A DNA stretch of 53,357 nt from Anaerolineae bacterium (GTDB lineage Bacteria; Chloroflexota; Anaerolineae; B4-G1; SLSP01): contig JAFGFB010000091.1 in NCBI GenBank assembly GCA_016931315.1, positions 1 to 53,357 on the forward strand, given 5' to 3'. Of the stretch, positions 25,382-34,563 are shown piece by piece (position 1 is the stretch's first letter; each line of letters begins with the position of its first letter). The notes under the pieces are model-generated. The model searched no databases. It was not told the origin of the DNA and saw only the letters and a list, made by a program, of their open reading frames with translations. A program made the position numbers and the translations under genes.

Positions 25382-25393
25382 GGGAGCGCTCCC
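25382..25393. promoter_or_regulatory. Perfect 12-bp palindrome GGGAGCGCTCCC, a candidate LacI-family operator
   Basis: It sits 7 nt downstream of the -10 box, over the expected transcription start. It has a central CG as in LacI/GalR-type operators. Confidence 0.35.
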
Positions 25394-25551
25394 GATATGA
25401 TGCGCGCCCATTTTCACTGACTTTCGCCGCCATCGTTTTGTGGCGGAATGAACCTGGGGGAAGCGTCATGAACCGGCAATTCCCCACGTCTGTAGAATAA
25501 TGTTTGCCTTGTTGTGGGCTTGCTAGTCTTCGGTTCTCAGAGGAGCTAAAT

Positions 25552-26562
25552 ATGGTCACACTTGAAGAGATTGCTCGCTTGAGCGGTGCTTCACGCTCCA
25601 CCATTTCCCGGGTTGTCAACAATGATCCGCATGTCAGTGACAAGACCCGTATGCGGGTACTGGAAGTTGTACGTAGACTCAATTATCAGCCCAATGCAAT
25701 TGCGCGCAGCCTGGCTGCTGGGCGAACGCATGTCCTGGGCGTGATCATTCCCAAACGGGTGACGGAACTTTTTTCCGATCCCTATTTTCCCATTTTGCTG
25801 CAAGGAGTCTCAACGGCTTGCAATAGTTTCGACTATGCGGTGACATTGTGGCTGGCTGACCCGGAAGATGAATTGCGCTTTATGAGCAAGGTGTTGCACA
25901 ATGGTTTATTGGATGGCGTTATTGTTTCCTCAATGGTATTGACAGATCCTCTTATCACTGCCCTGGGCGCCTCAACCTTGCCCTTTGTTTTGGTGGGCCG
26001 GCATCCCAGCGTCCCGGTGGTAAACTATGTAGACGTGGACAATATCTCCAGCGCTCAAACGGCGGTGGAGCATCTGTTTCAGTTGGGGCGCCGGCGCATT
26101 GCGACCATCACTGGCATGTCTGATACCATTGCCGGTGTAGACCGGCTGCGGGGGTACGAGATTGCTCTGCGCGAACATGGTTTGCCCGTACTCCCGGAAT
26201 TCATTGTGGATGGAGGCTTTTCTGAGGAAGGCGGCGTAGCAGCCATGCGGCAACTACTCCCCCTCCACCCGGATGCCGTCTTTGTTGCCAGTGATACCAT
26301 GGCGGTGGGCGCCTTACGCGTGCTGCGTGAGGCTGGACTGCGTATACCCCAGGACATCGCCATTGTAGGCTTTGATGACACGCCAGCTGCTGCGCGTACC
26401 GAACCTCCGTTGACTACGATGAAACAACCGATTATTGCTTTGGGTGAGCTGGCGGTTGAGGCCCTGTTGCACATCATCGAGCATCCTGACTCCGGACCCC
26501 GGCGTATTATTTTGCCGACACAGTTGATCGTGCGGGAATCCTGCGGGGCGCATCTGGGCTGA
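25552..26562 (+). CDS. LacI-family transcriptional regulator
   Basis: HTH 'VTLEEIARLSGASRSTISRVVNNDPHVS..TRMRVLEVVRRLNYQPNAIARSL'. ATG 25552 follows GAGGAG; the track start is 25504. Confidence 0.9.
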   Translation: MVTLEEIARLSGASRSTISRVVNNDPHVSDKTRMRVLEVVRRLNYQPNAIARSLAAGRTHVLGVIIPKRVTELFSDPYFPILLQGVSTACNSFDYAVTLWLADPEDELRFMSKVLHNGLLDGVIVSSMVLTDPLITALGASTLPFVLVGRHPSVPVVNYVDVDNISSAQTAVEHLFQLGRRRIATITGMSDTIAGVDRLRGYEIALREHGLPVLPEFIVDGGFSEEGGVAAMRQLLPLHPDAVFVASDTMAVGALRVLREAGLRIPQDIAIVGFDDTPAAARTEPPLTTMKQPIIALGELAVEALLHIIEHPDSGPRRIILPTQLIVRESCGAHLG

Positions 26563-26645
26563 TTGGATTGCGATTCTTTCCGCTGCATTCTTTGAGAGCT
26601 GAAACCTGAGACCTGAAATTTGTGATTTTTCTTGGGAGGTATTTC

Positions 26646-29090
26646 ATGCGCTACGGTTATTTTGATGATGAACGGCGAGAGTATGTTATTACGCGTCCGG
26701 ATACGCCGCTGCCTTGGATCAATTATCTGGGAAGTCAGGAGTATTTTGGTCTGATTTCAAACACGGCTGGCGGCTATTCCTTCTATCGCGATGCTCGTCT
26801 GCGACGCCTTACGCGCTATCGCTATAACAACGTCCCCCTGGATACTGGCGGGCGTTATCTCTATCTGCGCGATGATACCTCCGGCGCATTTTGGTCGCCT
26901 ACCTGGCAACCCACTCAAACGCCCCTGGAGAACTACACCTGTCGCCATGGAATGGGCTACACGGTCATTGACTCTGCCCACGCCGGCATCGCTACGGAGA
27001 TCCGCTATTTTGTTCCCCTGGATCAAAACCTGGAAATCTGGCAGGTCAAAGTCACCAATCATCGTACGGAAACTGCGCAACTCTCGCTATTTTCTGCCGT
27101 GGAATTTGCGCTCTGGGATGCGCAAGACGATGCCACCAACTTCCAGCGCAACTTTAGCATTGGCGAAGTTGAGGTAGAAGACGGCGTCATTTATCACAAG
27201 ACCGAGTATCGCGAGCGCCGGGACCACTTTGCGTACTTCGCCTGCTCCGCGCCTCTGGCGGGCTTCGATACACAGCGCGAAGCCTTTCTGGGACCTTACC
27301 GGGGGTGGGGTGCGCCACAGGTTGTTGTCGAGGGCTCGGCGCACAACTCCATCGCTCTGGGATGGGCGCCGGTTGGTTCTCACCATGTAAAACTGGAACT
27401 TGCACCGGGTGAGTCACAGGAAGTGCTCTTCGTTTTGGGCTATCATGAGAATCCCCGCGATGCCAAATTCGCTGATTCAGCGCTGCAAGTTATTAACAAG
27501 ACAACGGTTAAGCCGATCATCGCACGCTATCTCGATCCCACCACTGTGGAAGCCGCCTTTGAAGCGTTACGCATGTATTGGGAGGGTTTGCTGGGACGTT
27601 TGGCAGTTGTCACACCCGATGCGCATACGAATCGGATGGTCAACATTTGGAATGCCTACCAATGCATGATCACCTTCAATATGTCCCGTTCTGCCTCTTA
27701 CTTCGAATCTGGCATGGGGCGAGGAATGGGTTTCCGTGATTCCAACCAGGATTTGCTGGGTTTTGTTCACATGGCGCCCGAGCGGGCGCGCGAGCGTATC
27801 CTCGATATCGCCGCAACCCAGTTGCCCGATGGAGGCGCTTACCATCAGTACCAACCGCTGACCAAGCGCGGCAATGACGCGGTAGGGGGGGGCTTCAACG
27901 ACGACCCCCTTTGGTTGATTCTGGGTGTGGGGGCGTATCTGCGGGAGACGGGCGATTGGACGCTCTTGGAGGCGATGACACCCTACGATAACCAACCCGG
28001 CACCGAAACGCCGCTTTATGAGCACTTGCAGCGCGCCGCGCGTTATACCCTGGACCGCTTGGGACCCCACGGTTTGCCCCTCATCGGACACGCCGATTGG
28101 AACGATTGCCTCAACCTGAATACTTTCTCCGATGAACCGGGCCAATCCTTCCAGGTGTTGCAGAGCCAGGACGGCAAGACGGCAGAATCGGTCTTTATTG
28201 GCGGATTGTTTGTGTTAGCCGCAGAAGAACTGGCTGCGATTGCCTATCGCCACGGGCAACCCGCGGATGAAGCCTGGTTGGTCGAAGCCGCCATGCGCAT
28301 GGCGCGGACGGTGGAACAGCACGGTTGGGATGGCGCCTGGTTCTTGCGTGCCTATGACCATTTCGGCGCGAAGGTGGGCTCTGCCGAATGCGATGAGGGT
28401 CAAATCTTCATCGAGCCGCAGGGAATGTGCGTGATGGCGCGTATCGGCGTGGATTCTGGTTTAGCGGCGCAGGCGCTTGCTTCGGTAGAAGCGCGCCTCG
28501 CTACCTCGCACGGCATTGTGTTGAATCAGCCACCATATACACGCTATCACATTGAATTAGGCGAGATTACCTCCTATCCACCGGGCTACAAAGAAAATGC
28601 TGGCGTTTTCTGCCATACTAACCCGTGGATCATGATTGCTGAGGCGGTCCTGGGACGCGGCGACCGGGCTTTCGATTACTACACGCGCATCAACCCCTCG
28701 GCTCGAGAGGCTATCAGCGACGTACATCGCTGCGAACCTTATGTCTATGCTCAGATGATTGCCGGCAAAGATGCGCCGACGCATGGCGAGGCGAAAAACT
28801 CCTGGCTTTCTGGCACGGCGGCGTGGAATTATGTGGCGATTACCCAGTGGATTTTGGGAATTCGCCCTACTTTCGATGGCCTGGAACTCGCGCCGGTCAT
28901 TCCTGCTGCGTGGGAGGGATTCACCGTGACGCGCCTGTTCCGGGGTGTGACTTATCATATCACGGTCAAGCGGCAGGGTCCGGGCAATACCGTCTCCTTG
29001 CGTGTGGATGGCAAAGCGGTTGTGGGGACAATTATCCCCCTGCCTGTAACGGGGCAGAAAGAGGTGGTCGTCGAGGCCGTTTTGGGGTGA
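26646..29090 (+). CDS. GH94 cellobiose phosphorylase
   Basis: 'MRYGYFDDERREYVITRPDTPLPWINYLGS', 'RGMGFRDSNQDLLG', 'GHADWNDCLNL' and 'YPPGYKENAGVFCHTNPW' closely follow the cellobiose phosphorylase pattern as I remember it. ATG 26646 follows GGGAGG. Confidence 0.85.
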   Translation: MRYGYFDDERREYVITRPDTPLPWINYLGSQEYFGLISNTAGGYSFYRDARLRRLTRYRYNNVPLDTGGRYLYLRDDTSGAFWSPTWQPTQTPLENYTCRHGMGYTVIDSAHAGIATEIRYFVPLDQNLEIWQVKVTNHRTETAQLSLFSAVEFALWDAQDDATNFQRNFSIGEVEVEDGVIYHKTEYRERRDHFAYFACSAPLAGFDTQREAFLGPYRGWGAPQVVVEGSAHNSIALGWAPVGSHHVKLELAPGESQEVLFVLGYHENPRDAKFADSALQVINKTTVKPIIARYLDPTTVEAAFEALRMYWEGLLGRLAVVTPDAHTNRMVNIWNAYQCMITFNMSRSASYFESGMGRGMGFRDSNQDLLGFVHMAPERARERILDIAATQLPDGGAYHQYQPLTKRGNDAVGGGFNDDPLWLILGVGAYLRETGDWTLLEAMTPYDNQPGTETPLYEHLQRAARYTLDRLGPHGLPLIGHADWNDCLNLNTFSDEPGQSFQVLQSQDGKTAESVFIGGLFVLAAEELAAIAYRHGQPADEAWLVEAAMRMARTVEQHGWDGAWFLRAYDHFGAKVGSAECDEGQIFIEPQGMCVMARIGVDSGLAAQALASVEARLATSHGIVLNQPPYTRYHIELGEITSYPPGYKENAGVFCHTNPWIMIAEAVLGRGDRAFDYYTRINPSAREAISDVHRCEPYVYAQMIAGKDAPTHGEAKNSWLSGTAAWNYVAITQWILGIRPTFDGLELAPVIPAAWEGFTVTRLFRGVTYHITVKRQGPGNTVSLRVDGKAVVGTIIPLPVTGQKEVVVEAVLG

Positions 29091-29108
29091 CCCAGGAGGA
29101 ATTTGTAG

Positions 29109-31514
29109 ATGAACTACGGCTATTTTGATGCTGCGGCTCGCGAATACGTCATTACTGACCCCAAAACGCCGGTGAAGTGGATTAACTATATTGGAACGCT
29201 GGCTTTTGGCGGCTTTGTGGACCACACGGGTGGGGTGGTCCTGTGTAAGGGGGATCCCGCGCTCAACCGTATTACCAAGTACATCGCGCAACTGCCGGAT
29301 GCCGATTTTAAGGGCGCCACGCTCTACCTGCGTTTTCCGGAGGGTGAGGGTTATCGCGTTTTCTCACCCTTCTATACCCCGGCGCTCACCCCCTACACTG
29401 CCTTTTCCTGCAGAGTGGGGCTCGGTTATAACCGTATCACCTCCGAGATGCTTGGCATTCGCACTGATGTCACCATCTTCGTGCCGGAAGGGGGCACGCA
29501 GGAGCTCCGTCTGGTACGGGTGACCAATCTGCGCGCGACACCCGTGACCCTGGAGGCGATTCCTGTGGTGGAATATACCCATCCCGATGCGCTAAAGCAG
29601 CTGACCAATGCGGATTGGGTCCCCCAGACGATGACCAGCCGGATTGTGGATGAGGGTCAGGGTTACAAGACCCTCCTGCAATATCCCTTTATGTATCGGG
29701 ATAGCAAGGTGAACTATTTCACGGCGAGCTTGCCCGTGAGCGCTTTTGAATCCGACCGCGCACGTTTTCTGGGACGTTATGGTACCTGGGCCGCGCCGCA
29801 GGCGTTACAACAGCCCACATTCAGCGACTACGAAGCCTTGCGTGGCGATAATATTGCCGCGCTCCTGCTCTCTCTGGGAGAGCTGGCCCCTGGCGAGACG
29901 CGTGTCTTTGTAACCCAGCTCGGTCAGGCTGATAGTTTCGCGGCTGCCCAGCCTAACATTATCTGTTACCGCGACCCTGCCGCCGCTGAAGCCGCTCTGA
30001 CTGCCCTGGCGCGCTTCTGGGATGGGTATTTGAGCCGCATGCAAGTGGCAACGCCGAGCGCCGCGATGAATGCCATGCTCAACGTCCACAATCCGCGCCA
30101 GGTCTTCACGACCTTGAATTGGTCGCGCTATCTCTCGCTCTACCAGCTCGGTTTTGGTGCGCGAGGCATTGGTTTCCGAGATACCTCGCAGGACATGATG
30201 GGAGCGGTTGTTAATGCGCCGGAGCGCGTCAAAGCCTTGCTGGAGAAACTGCTGCACGTCCAATTGCGGGATGGTTCGGCGATGCACCAGTTCAACCCCC
30301 TGACCATGATTGCCAGTCGTGGCGACGCTGCAGAGATGGAGGATCGCCCCAAGTTCTACGGCGACGATCACTTATGGATTGTGCTGGCAGTGACGGCTTA
30401 TCTAAAGGAGACTGGCGACCTGGCTTTTCTCGACCAGAACATTCCCTTCTACGACAAGGCCAAAACCGGTGAAGCGCTCGAAAGCGCACCGGTATGGGAG
30501 CACTTGCAGCGTGCCGTACACTTCACCCGCACGCATGTGGGGGCGCATGGCTTGCCGCTGTTGGGCTTTGCCGACTGGAACGATACGGTCAATCTCCGGA
30601 CCGGAGCCGAATCGCTATTCAATGCCAATCTTTACGGCAAGGCGCTGCTGGAATTGGCTACCCTTGCCAAATTCCGGGGAGATGTGGACACTGCTGCGAT
30701 TTTTATGCTATACTATTCAGAGATGGCTGAGCGCGTCAATGCGGTCGCATGGGATGGCTCGTGGTATGTGCGTTATTTTGACGCGGATGGGGCACCCCTC
30801 GGAGCGCATAACAACGCTCAAGGTCAGATTTACGCTAACGGGCAGAGTTGGCCCATAATCTCGGGTTTTGCAACCGAGGAGCGGGCGCGGATGGCTTTGG
30901 ATGCCGTCTACGAGCGCCTGAACACCGCTAATGGCATCAAACTCAGCGCCCCGGGCTTCAACGGCTACGATCCCCATAAGGGTGGGGTGACCACATATCC
31001 ACCGGGCGCTAAGGAAAACGGCGGCATTTTCCTGCATGCCAACCCCTGGGTGATGATTGCTGAAACCTTGATCGGGCGTGGCGACCGCGCTTTCGCCTAT
31101 TATGAGCAAATCAACCCTGCGGCGAAGAATGAGCGGATCGAGGTTTATGAGAGCGAGCCGTATGTGTATCCGCAGAACATTCTGGCGGATGAACACCCGC
31201 AATTTGGTCTGGCGCGCAATGGCTGGCTAACGGGTACGGCATCGTGGGCCTATCAGGCAGGAGTGCAATACATCCTCGGTGTGCGACCGACATATACTGG
31301 ACTGGAAATTGATCCGTGCATTCCTGCCAGTTGGGAAGGTTTTAGAATGCGGCGTGTCTTCCGTGATGCCACATACGAGATTGAGGTGCGAAACCCCCAG
31401 CATGTGTGCCGGGGTGTAAAAAGGATATGGGTGGATGGTATGCCGGTGGCGGGTACGGGGCTGCCCATCTTTGCCGACGCAGGTGTCCATCAGGTTGTAG
31501 TGGAATTGGGGTGA
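29109..31514 (+). CDS. Second, divergent GH94 glycoside phosphorylase (specificity undetermined: cellobiose, chitobiose, cellobionate or another beta-disaccharide)
   Basis: 'MNYGYFDAAAREYVITDPKTPVKWINYIG', 'RGIGFRDTSQDMMG', 'GFADWNDTVNL' and 'YPPGAKENGGIFLHANPW'. The catalytic Asp context is conserved. Confidence 0.8.
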   Translation: MNYGYFDAAAREYVITDPKTPVKWINYIGTLAFGGFVDHTGGVVLCKGDPALNRITKYIAQLPDADFKGATLYLRFPEGEGYRVFSPFYTPALTPYTAFSCRVGLGYNRITSEMLGIRTDVTIFVPEGGTQELRLVRVTNLRATPVTLEAIPVVEYTHPDALKQLTNADWVPQTMTSRIVDEGQGYKTLLQYPFMYRDSKVNYFTASLPVSAFESDRARFLGRYGTWAAPQALQQPTFSDYEALRGDNIAALLLSLGELAPGETRVFVTQLGQADSFAAAQPNIICYRDPAAAEAALTALARFWDGYLSRMQVATPSAAMNAMLNVHNPRQVFTTLNWSRYLSLYQLGFGARGIGFRDTSQDMMGAVVNAPERVKALLEKLLHVQLRDGSAMHQFNPLTMIASRGDAAEMEDRPKFYGDDHLWIVLAVTAYLKETGDLAFLDQNIPFYDKAKTGEALESAPVWEHLQRAVHFTRTHVGAHGLPLLGFADWNDTVNLRTGAESLFNANLYGKALLELATLAKFRGDVDTAAIFMLYYSEMAERVNAVAWDGSWYVRYFDADGAPLGAHNNAQGQIYANGQSWPIISGFATEERARMALDAVYERLNTANGIKLSAPGFNGYDPHKGGVTTYPPGAKENGGIFLHANPWVMIAETLIGRGDRAFAYYEQINPAAKNERIEVYESEPYVYPQNILADEHPQFGLARNGWLTGTASWAYQAGVQYILGVRPTYTGLEIDPCIPASWEGFRMRRVFRDATYEIEVRNPQHVCRGVKRIWVDGMPVAGTGLPIFADAGVHQVVVELG

Positions 31515-31555
31515 GGTGAACGCAAGTGTGCTACGCCAGAATGGGGGGTGAGTAG

Positions 31556-32740
31556 ATGGCAGAACTTGTGTTTTGGGTCTTGTCATCCGATGCCTCGAAC
31601 GCGGTGCTCGAAACCCTGTTGACCGAGTTTCGCGCGCGGACGGGCATCCGAGTGCAGCTCGAATGCATTCAATGGGAGGCTGCATGGGATGAGATGGTCA
31701 AGATTGCCATTTACCGTAAAGGCCCCGACGTTTCGGAGATTGGGAGCACCTGGATGGGCGATCTTGTGGGGATGCATGGTATCCGTCCATTCACGGGGCT
31801 GGATTTGCGCGCCTTAGGCTCGCCTCAGGATTTCATTCCTTCGCTTTGGAAGAGTGCGGGACTTTCTGGCTCCGGGGATATTTGGGGCATTCCCTGGATG
31901 GTGGATGCGCGTTTGCTCTTCTACCGTCGAGACTTGCTGGCACGGGCGGATATTGACGAGGCTGAAGCCTTCGTCAGTTTCGCGGCGCTTGAGGAAACGT
32001 TGAGCCGGCTGCAGCAGGCTGGTCCGGAACTTCCCTGGGTCATCCCCACGCGTCGTAGCTGGATTACGCTGCACAATCTCGCGGTGTGGGTCTGGGGATA
32101 TGGCGGTGACTTTGTCAGCTCTGATGGCAAGGGATTGCTTTTCAACACGCCGGAGGCGCGCGCCGGATTCCGGGATTATTTTGGCTTGGGGCGTTTCATG
32201 CCGCCTCAAGCGCATCATCTCGCGATTATCGAGGCCGATGATTGTTTCAGTCACGGACAGGCTGCGGTGACGCTTTCCGGCGCCTGGCTATGGGATAACC
32301 CACACCTGACTCCGGAATTGCGCGCCAATATCGGTGTGACCCCGCCGCCGGGTGTGCCTTATGTGGGCGGTTCACACCTGGTAATTTGGGAGCATAGTCG
32401 TAATGTTCGGGATGCTCTCAAGCTCATTCGCTTTCTGACCGAAGCACGTGCGATGCAGCGTTACGCACCAGAGGCGGGCAAGTTACCCGCGCGTCTCTCC
32501 GCCCTCTCGGCGGCTTCTGTACCCTTCCATGCATCACTCAATTCTCTGGTGCGTGGTCTGGTAGATAGCCGTTCGTTTCATAGCGTCCCCTTATGGGGTA
32601 TGATTGAGGATCGTTTGGCGACCACACTCCGCGATATCTGGTCTGACGTGCTGGAATCGCCTGAGACTGATAGCGTTGCCATCATTGATCGCCACCTGCA
32701 AGCCTTGACCCGCAGTTTGGAACTGGCGATTCGCGGCTGA
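31556..32740 (+). CDS. Family-1 extracellular solute-binding-protein homologue lacking any signal peptide or lipobox
   Basis: SBP-like sequence starts at residue 3 with the first beta-strand ('ELVFWVLSS..LLTEFRARTGIRV..'). In-frame TAG lies immediately upstream (31553-31555). No permease or ATPase genes are adjacent. Confidence 0.7.
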   Translation: MAELVFWVLSSDASNAVLETLLTEFRARTGIRVQLECIQWEAAWDEMVKIAIYRKGPDVSEIGSTWMGDLVGMHGIRPFTGLDLRALGSPQDFIPSLWKSAGLSGSGDIWGIPWMVDARLLFYRRDLLARADIDEAEAFVSFAALEETLSRLQQAGPELPWVIPTRRSWITLHNLAVWVWGYGGDFVSSDGKGLLFNTPEARAGFRDYFGLGRFMPPQAHHLAIIEADDCFSHGQAAVTLSGAWLWDNPHLTPELRANIGVTPPPGVPYVGGSHLVIWEHSRNVRDALKLIRFLTEARAMQRYAPEAGKLPARLSALSAASVPFHASLNSLVRGLVDSRSFHSVPLWGMIEDRLATTLRDIWSDVLESPETDSVAIIDRHLQALTRSLELAIRG

Positions 32741-32757
32741 GAAACGGGTATTGTAAA

Positions 32758-32794
32758 CCGCCCCACGTGTCTGGAAGTGAATCACGTGGGGTGG
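32758..32794. terminator. Hairpin between convergent genes
   Basis: CCGCCCCACGTG pairs with CACGTGGGGTGG (one mismatch) around a 13-nt loop. There is no clear T-run. Confidence 0.4.
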
Positions 32795-32823
32795 CCTATC
32801 AGATTTGTGCCGCGATGGCATCC

Positions 32824-33987
32824 TTACTGTGGAAACCGTGGGCGTACAGGCGTGTATTCCCACTTGACCTGATTCAGACGGTCATCATTGTTGGGGTTGA
32901 AGGATGTATCATCGGTGTAGAATTCCTCGTTGTTAGCCGTCACCCAGCGGTGTCGCCACTCATTCGATCCGGTATCCACCTGCTTAGTGATGGGGTTGAC
33001 GTATTCCTCTTGCCCGGTAAGTAGCAGATAACCGTCGTTACGAATTTCGGCATGGGTCAATCGCTGGTGTTCTACGATCTCCTGGCTGATACGCTGCAGG
33101 TCCCGTTGGATTTCCAAAGCCCTGCGCGCACGGGCTTGCTCGGCTTGCTGCGCATTCATAAAGGCGTGCGTGAGCATCTCTTGGCTGGCTTGCTCAGACG
33201 CCATCCATTGCAGATTTAGCTCACCAGAAGTCCAGATGTGCTTGAGCACCGGCTCCCAGCGCTCGTATTCCCCCGCCGGGGCGCGTAGCAGCACCGTATT
33301 CTTATTACTCCACATGCCGCCTGCCACGGGTCCCATATATTCGATACAGGTAAAGGCATGTTCCTCAAAGCGTATGCCGTTTTCGGTGTATTGGAATACC
33401 GCTTCGCCGCCATCATACTGGAATGGCGTTGTCCCCCCGAGTTTGGCGGCCTCACGTTTGAAGTGTTCGACCATCAGCGGTTGCGCTTGCTGCCGAATCA
33501 TCTGCCCCCCTTGTGCCTGTGGATGTGCCCAGGGGAAAACCATCCGCACCAGAAATTCCGCTCCCGACATGAGCGGCCAGACGACCATGCCGTTGTATTG
33601 GCTCCCTTGGGGGAAAAACATTGCCGCCGGCATGCCGCGCATATCACAGTACTTTACTTCGGGCGCCCAGCGGATCATCACTGAACCCTCAGTATCGCGC
33701 TTAACCGCAAAGTCCACCTTGGCAGCTATTGTCTGTGCGTTGACGGTTTGCTGCATGTGATTGGCGCGCACGACCCCGCCTACCATCAGCCAGCCTTTGG
33801 GCACGGCCAGGGTGAAAGCTTGTTCGTTCGGTTCCGCGCGCCGCTCAAAGGTGAATCCCTTGAACTCGGTGGTACTTTGAGCTGGGGAGGCGGCGCCTCC
33901 CTGAGTGAAATAGCTGTGGCAATAGGGACATTGCGTCGTTTCTGGCGGCACAGAGGCGCCACATGCCGGGCAACGCGAAAGGTTCAT
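32824..33987 (-). CDS. Zinc-ribbon N-terminal domain protein, otherwise uncharacterised
   Basis: 'CPACGASVPPETTQCPYCHS' lies at residues 6-25. The remaining roughly 360 aa have no TM segment and no motif I recognise. Confidence 0.55.
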   Translation of the reverse strand: MNLSRCPACGASVPPETTQCPYCHSYFTQGGAASPAQSTTEFKGFTFERRAEPNEQAFTLAVPKGWLMVGGVVRANHMQQTVNAQTIAAKVDFAVKRDTEGSVMIRWAPEVKYCDMRGMPAAMFFPQGSQYNGMVVWPLMSGAEFLVRMVFPWAHPQAQGGQMIRQQAQPLMVEHFKREAAKLGGTTPFQYDGGEAVFQYTENGIRFEEHAFTCIEYMGPVAGGMWSNKNTVLLRAPAGEYERWEPVLKHIWTSGELNLQWMASEQASQEMLTHAFMNAQQAEQARARRALEIQRDLQRISQEIVEHQRLTHAEIRNDGYLLLTGQEEYVNPITKQVDTGSNEWRHRWVTANNEEFYTDDTSFNPNNDDRLNQVKWEYTPVRPRFPQ

Positions 33988-34041
33988 GATAGCCTCCAGG
34001 ACACAAAAGAAACCGTTCTGAAGCGTAATTTAAGCCGTAAC

Positions 34042-34563
34042 TTATCGCAACCAACCGAGCAACAGCAGCCCCAGTAACCAGCCAAACAACAATCCGCCGC
34101 CGATATCGCCCGCAAAGTGCAACCCCAGTGCAACACGGCTGGCGCATACAGTAATGCCCCAGACGGCCAGTAATGCCGCCCCCCATGGCGGCAACATCGT
34201 CCCCAATACCAGCATCAGCCCCCCGACGCGCGTCGCATGTCCTGAGGGGAAACCATGCCGGTCATAGCGTAGGAAGAAGCCCCGCGGTTCTGCCTGTGGA
34301 CGCCGGCGGCGGAAGAGCAATTTCAGAGCACCGCTGAGCGCACCGGTGAGCAATACCGTGATGATGATGCGCGTGCCCATCGCTGTCAGCTTGCCCCCGA
34401 GCCACCACAGCAGCAGCCCCGCTACCAACCATAACAGGCTATCGCCCGTATGCGCGATGAAGACTGCCATCCCGCGCCAGGGTTGCCGACGTACCAGGCG
34501 CAGGGCGCGGTGCGAAAGGGCTGCATCCAGCGTAGCCAGGCGCTGCCAGGGCGACTCCATCAC
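34042..34563 (-). CDS. PAP2-family phosphatase (membrane)
   Basis: PAP2 motifs 'KLLFRRRRP', 'PSGH' and 'SRVALGLHFAGD'. Polytopic. The start (GTG 34563 or ATG 34560) overlaps the stop of the upstream gene. Confidence 0.8.
   Translation of the reverse strand: MMESPWQRLATLDAALSHRALRLVRRQPWRGMAVFIAHTGDSLLWLVAGLLLWWLGGKLTAMGTRIIITVLLTGALSGALKLLFRRRRPQAEPRGFFLRYDRHGFPSGHATRVGGLMLVLGTMLPPWGAALLAVWGITVCASRVALGLHFAGDIGGGLLFGWLLGLLLLGWLR

Noticed and set aside
25100-25682. - strand ORFs of 84 and 118 aa overlapping tRNA-Gly and the lacI 5' region
   Set aside because: They overlap a well-folded tRNA gene, its terminator and the LacI HTH-coding region, so they are most likely spurious.
33170-33760. 196-aa + strand ORF
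   Set aside because: It lies wholly antisense within the 32824..33987 gene. It is Cys/Ser/Ala-rich and has no translation signals.
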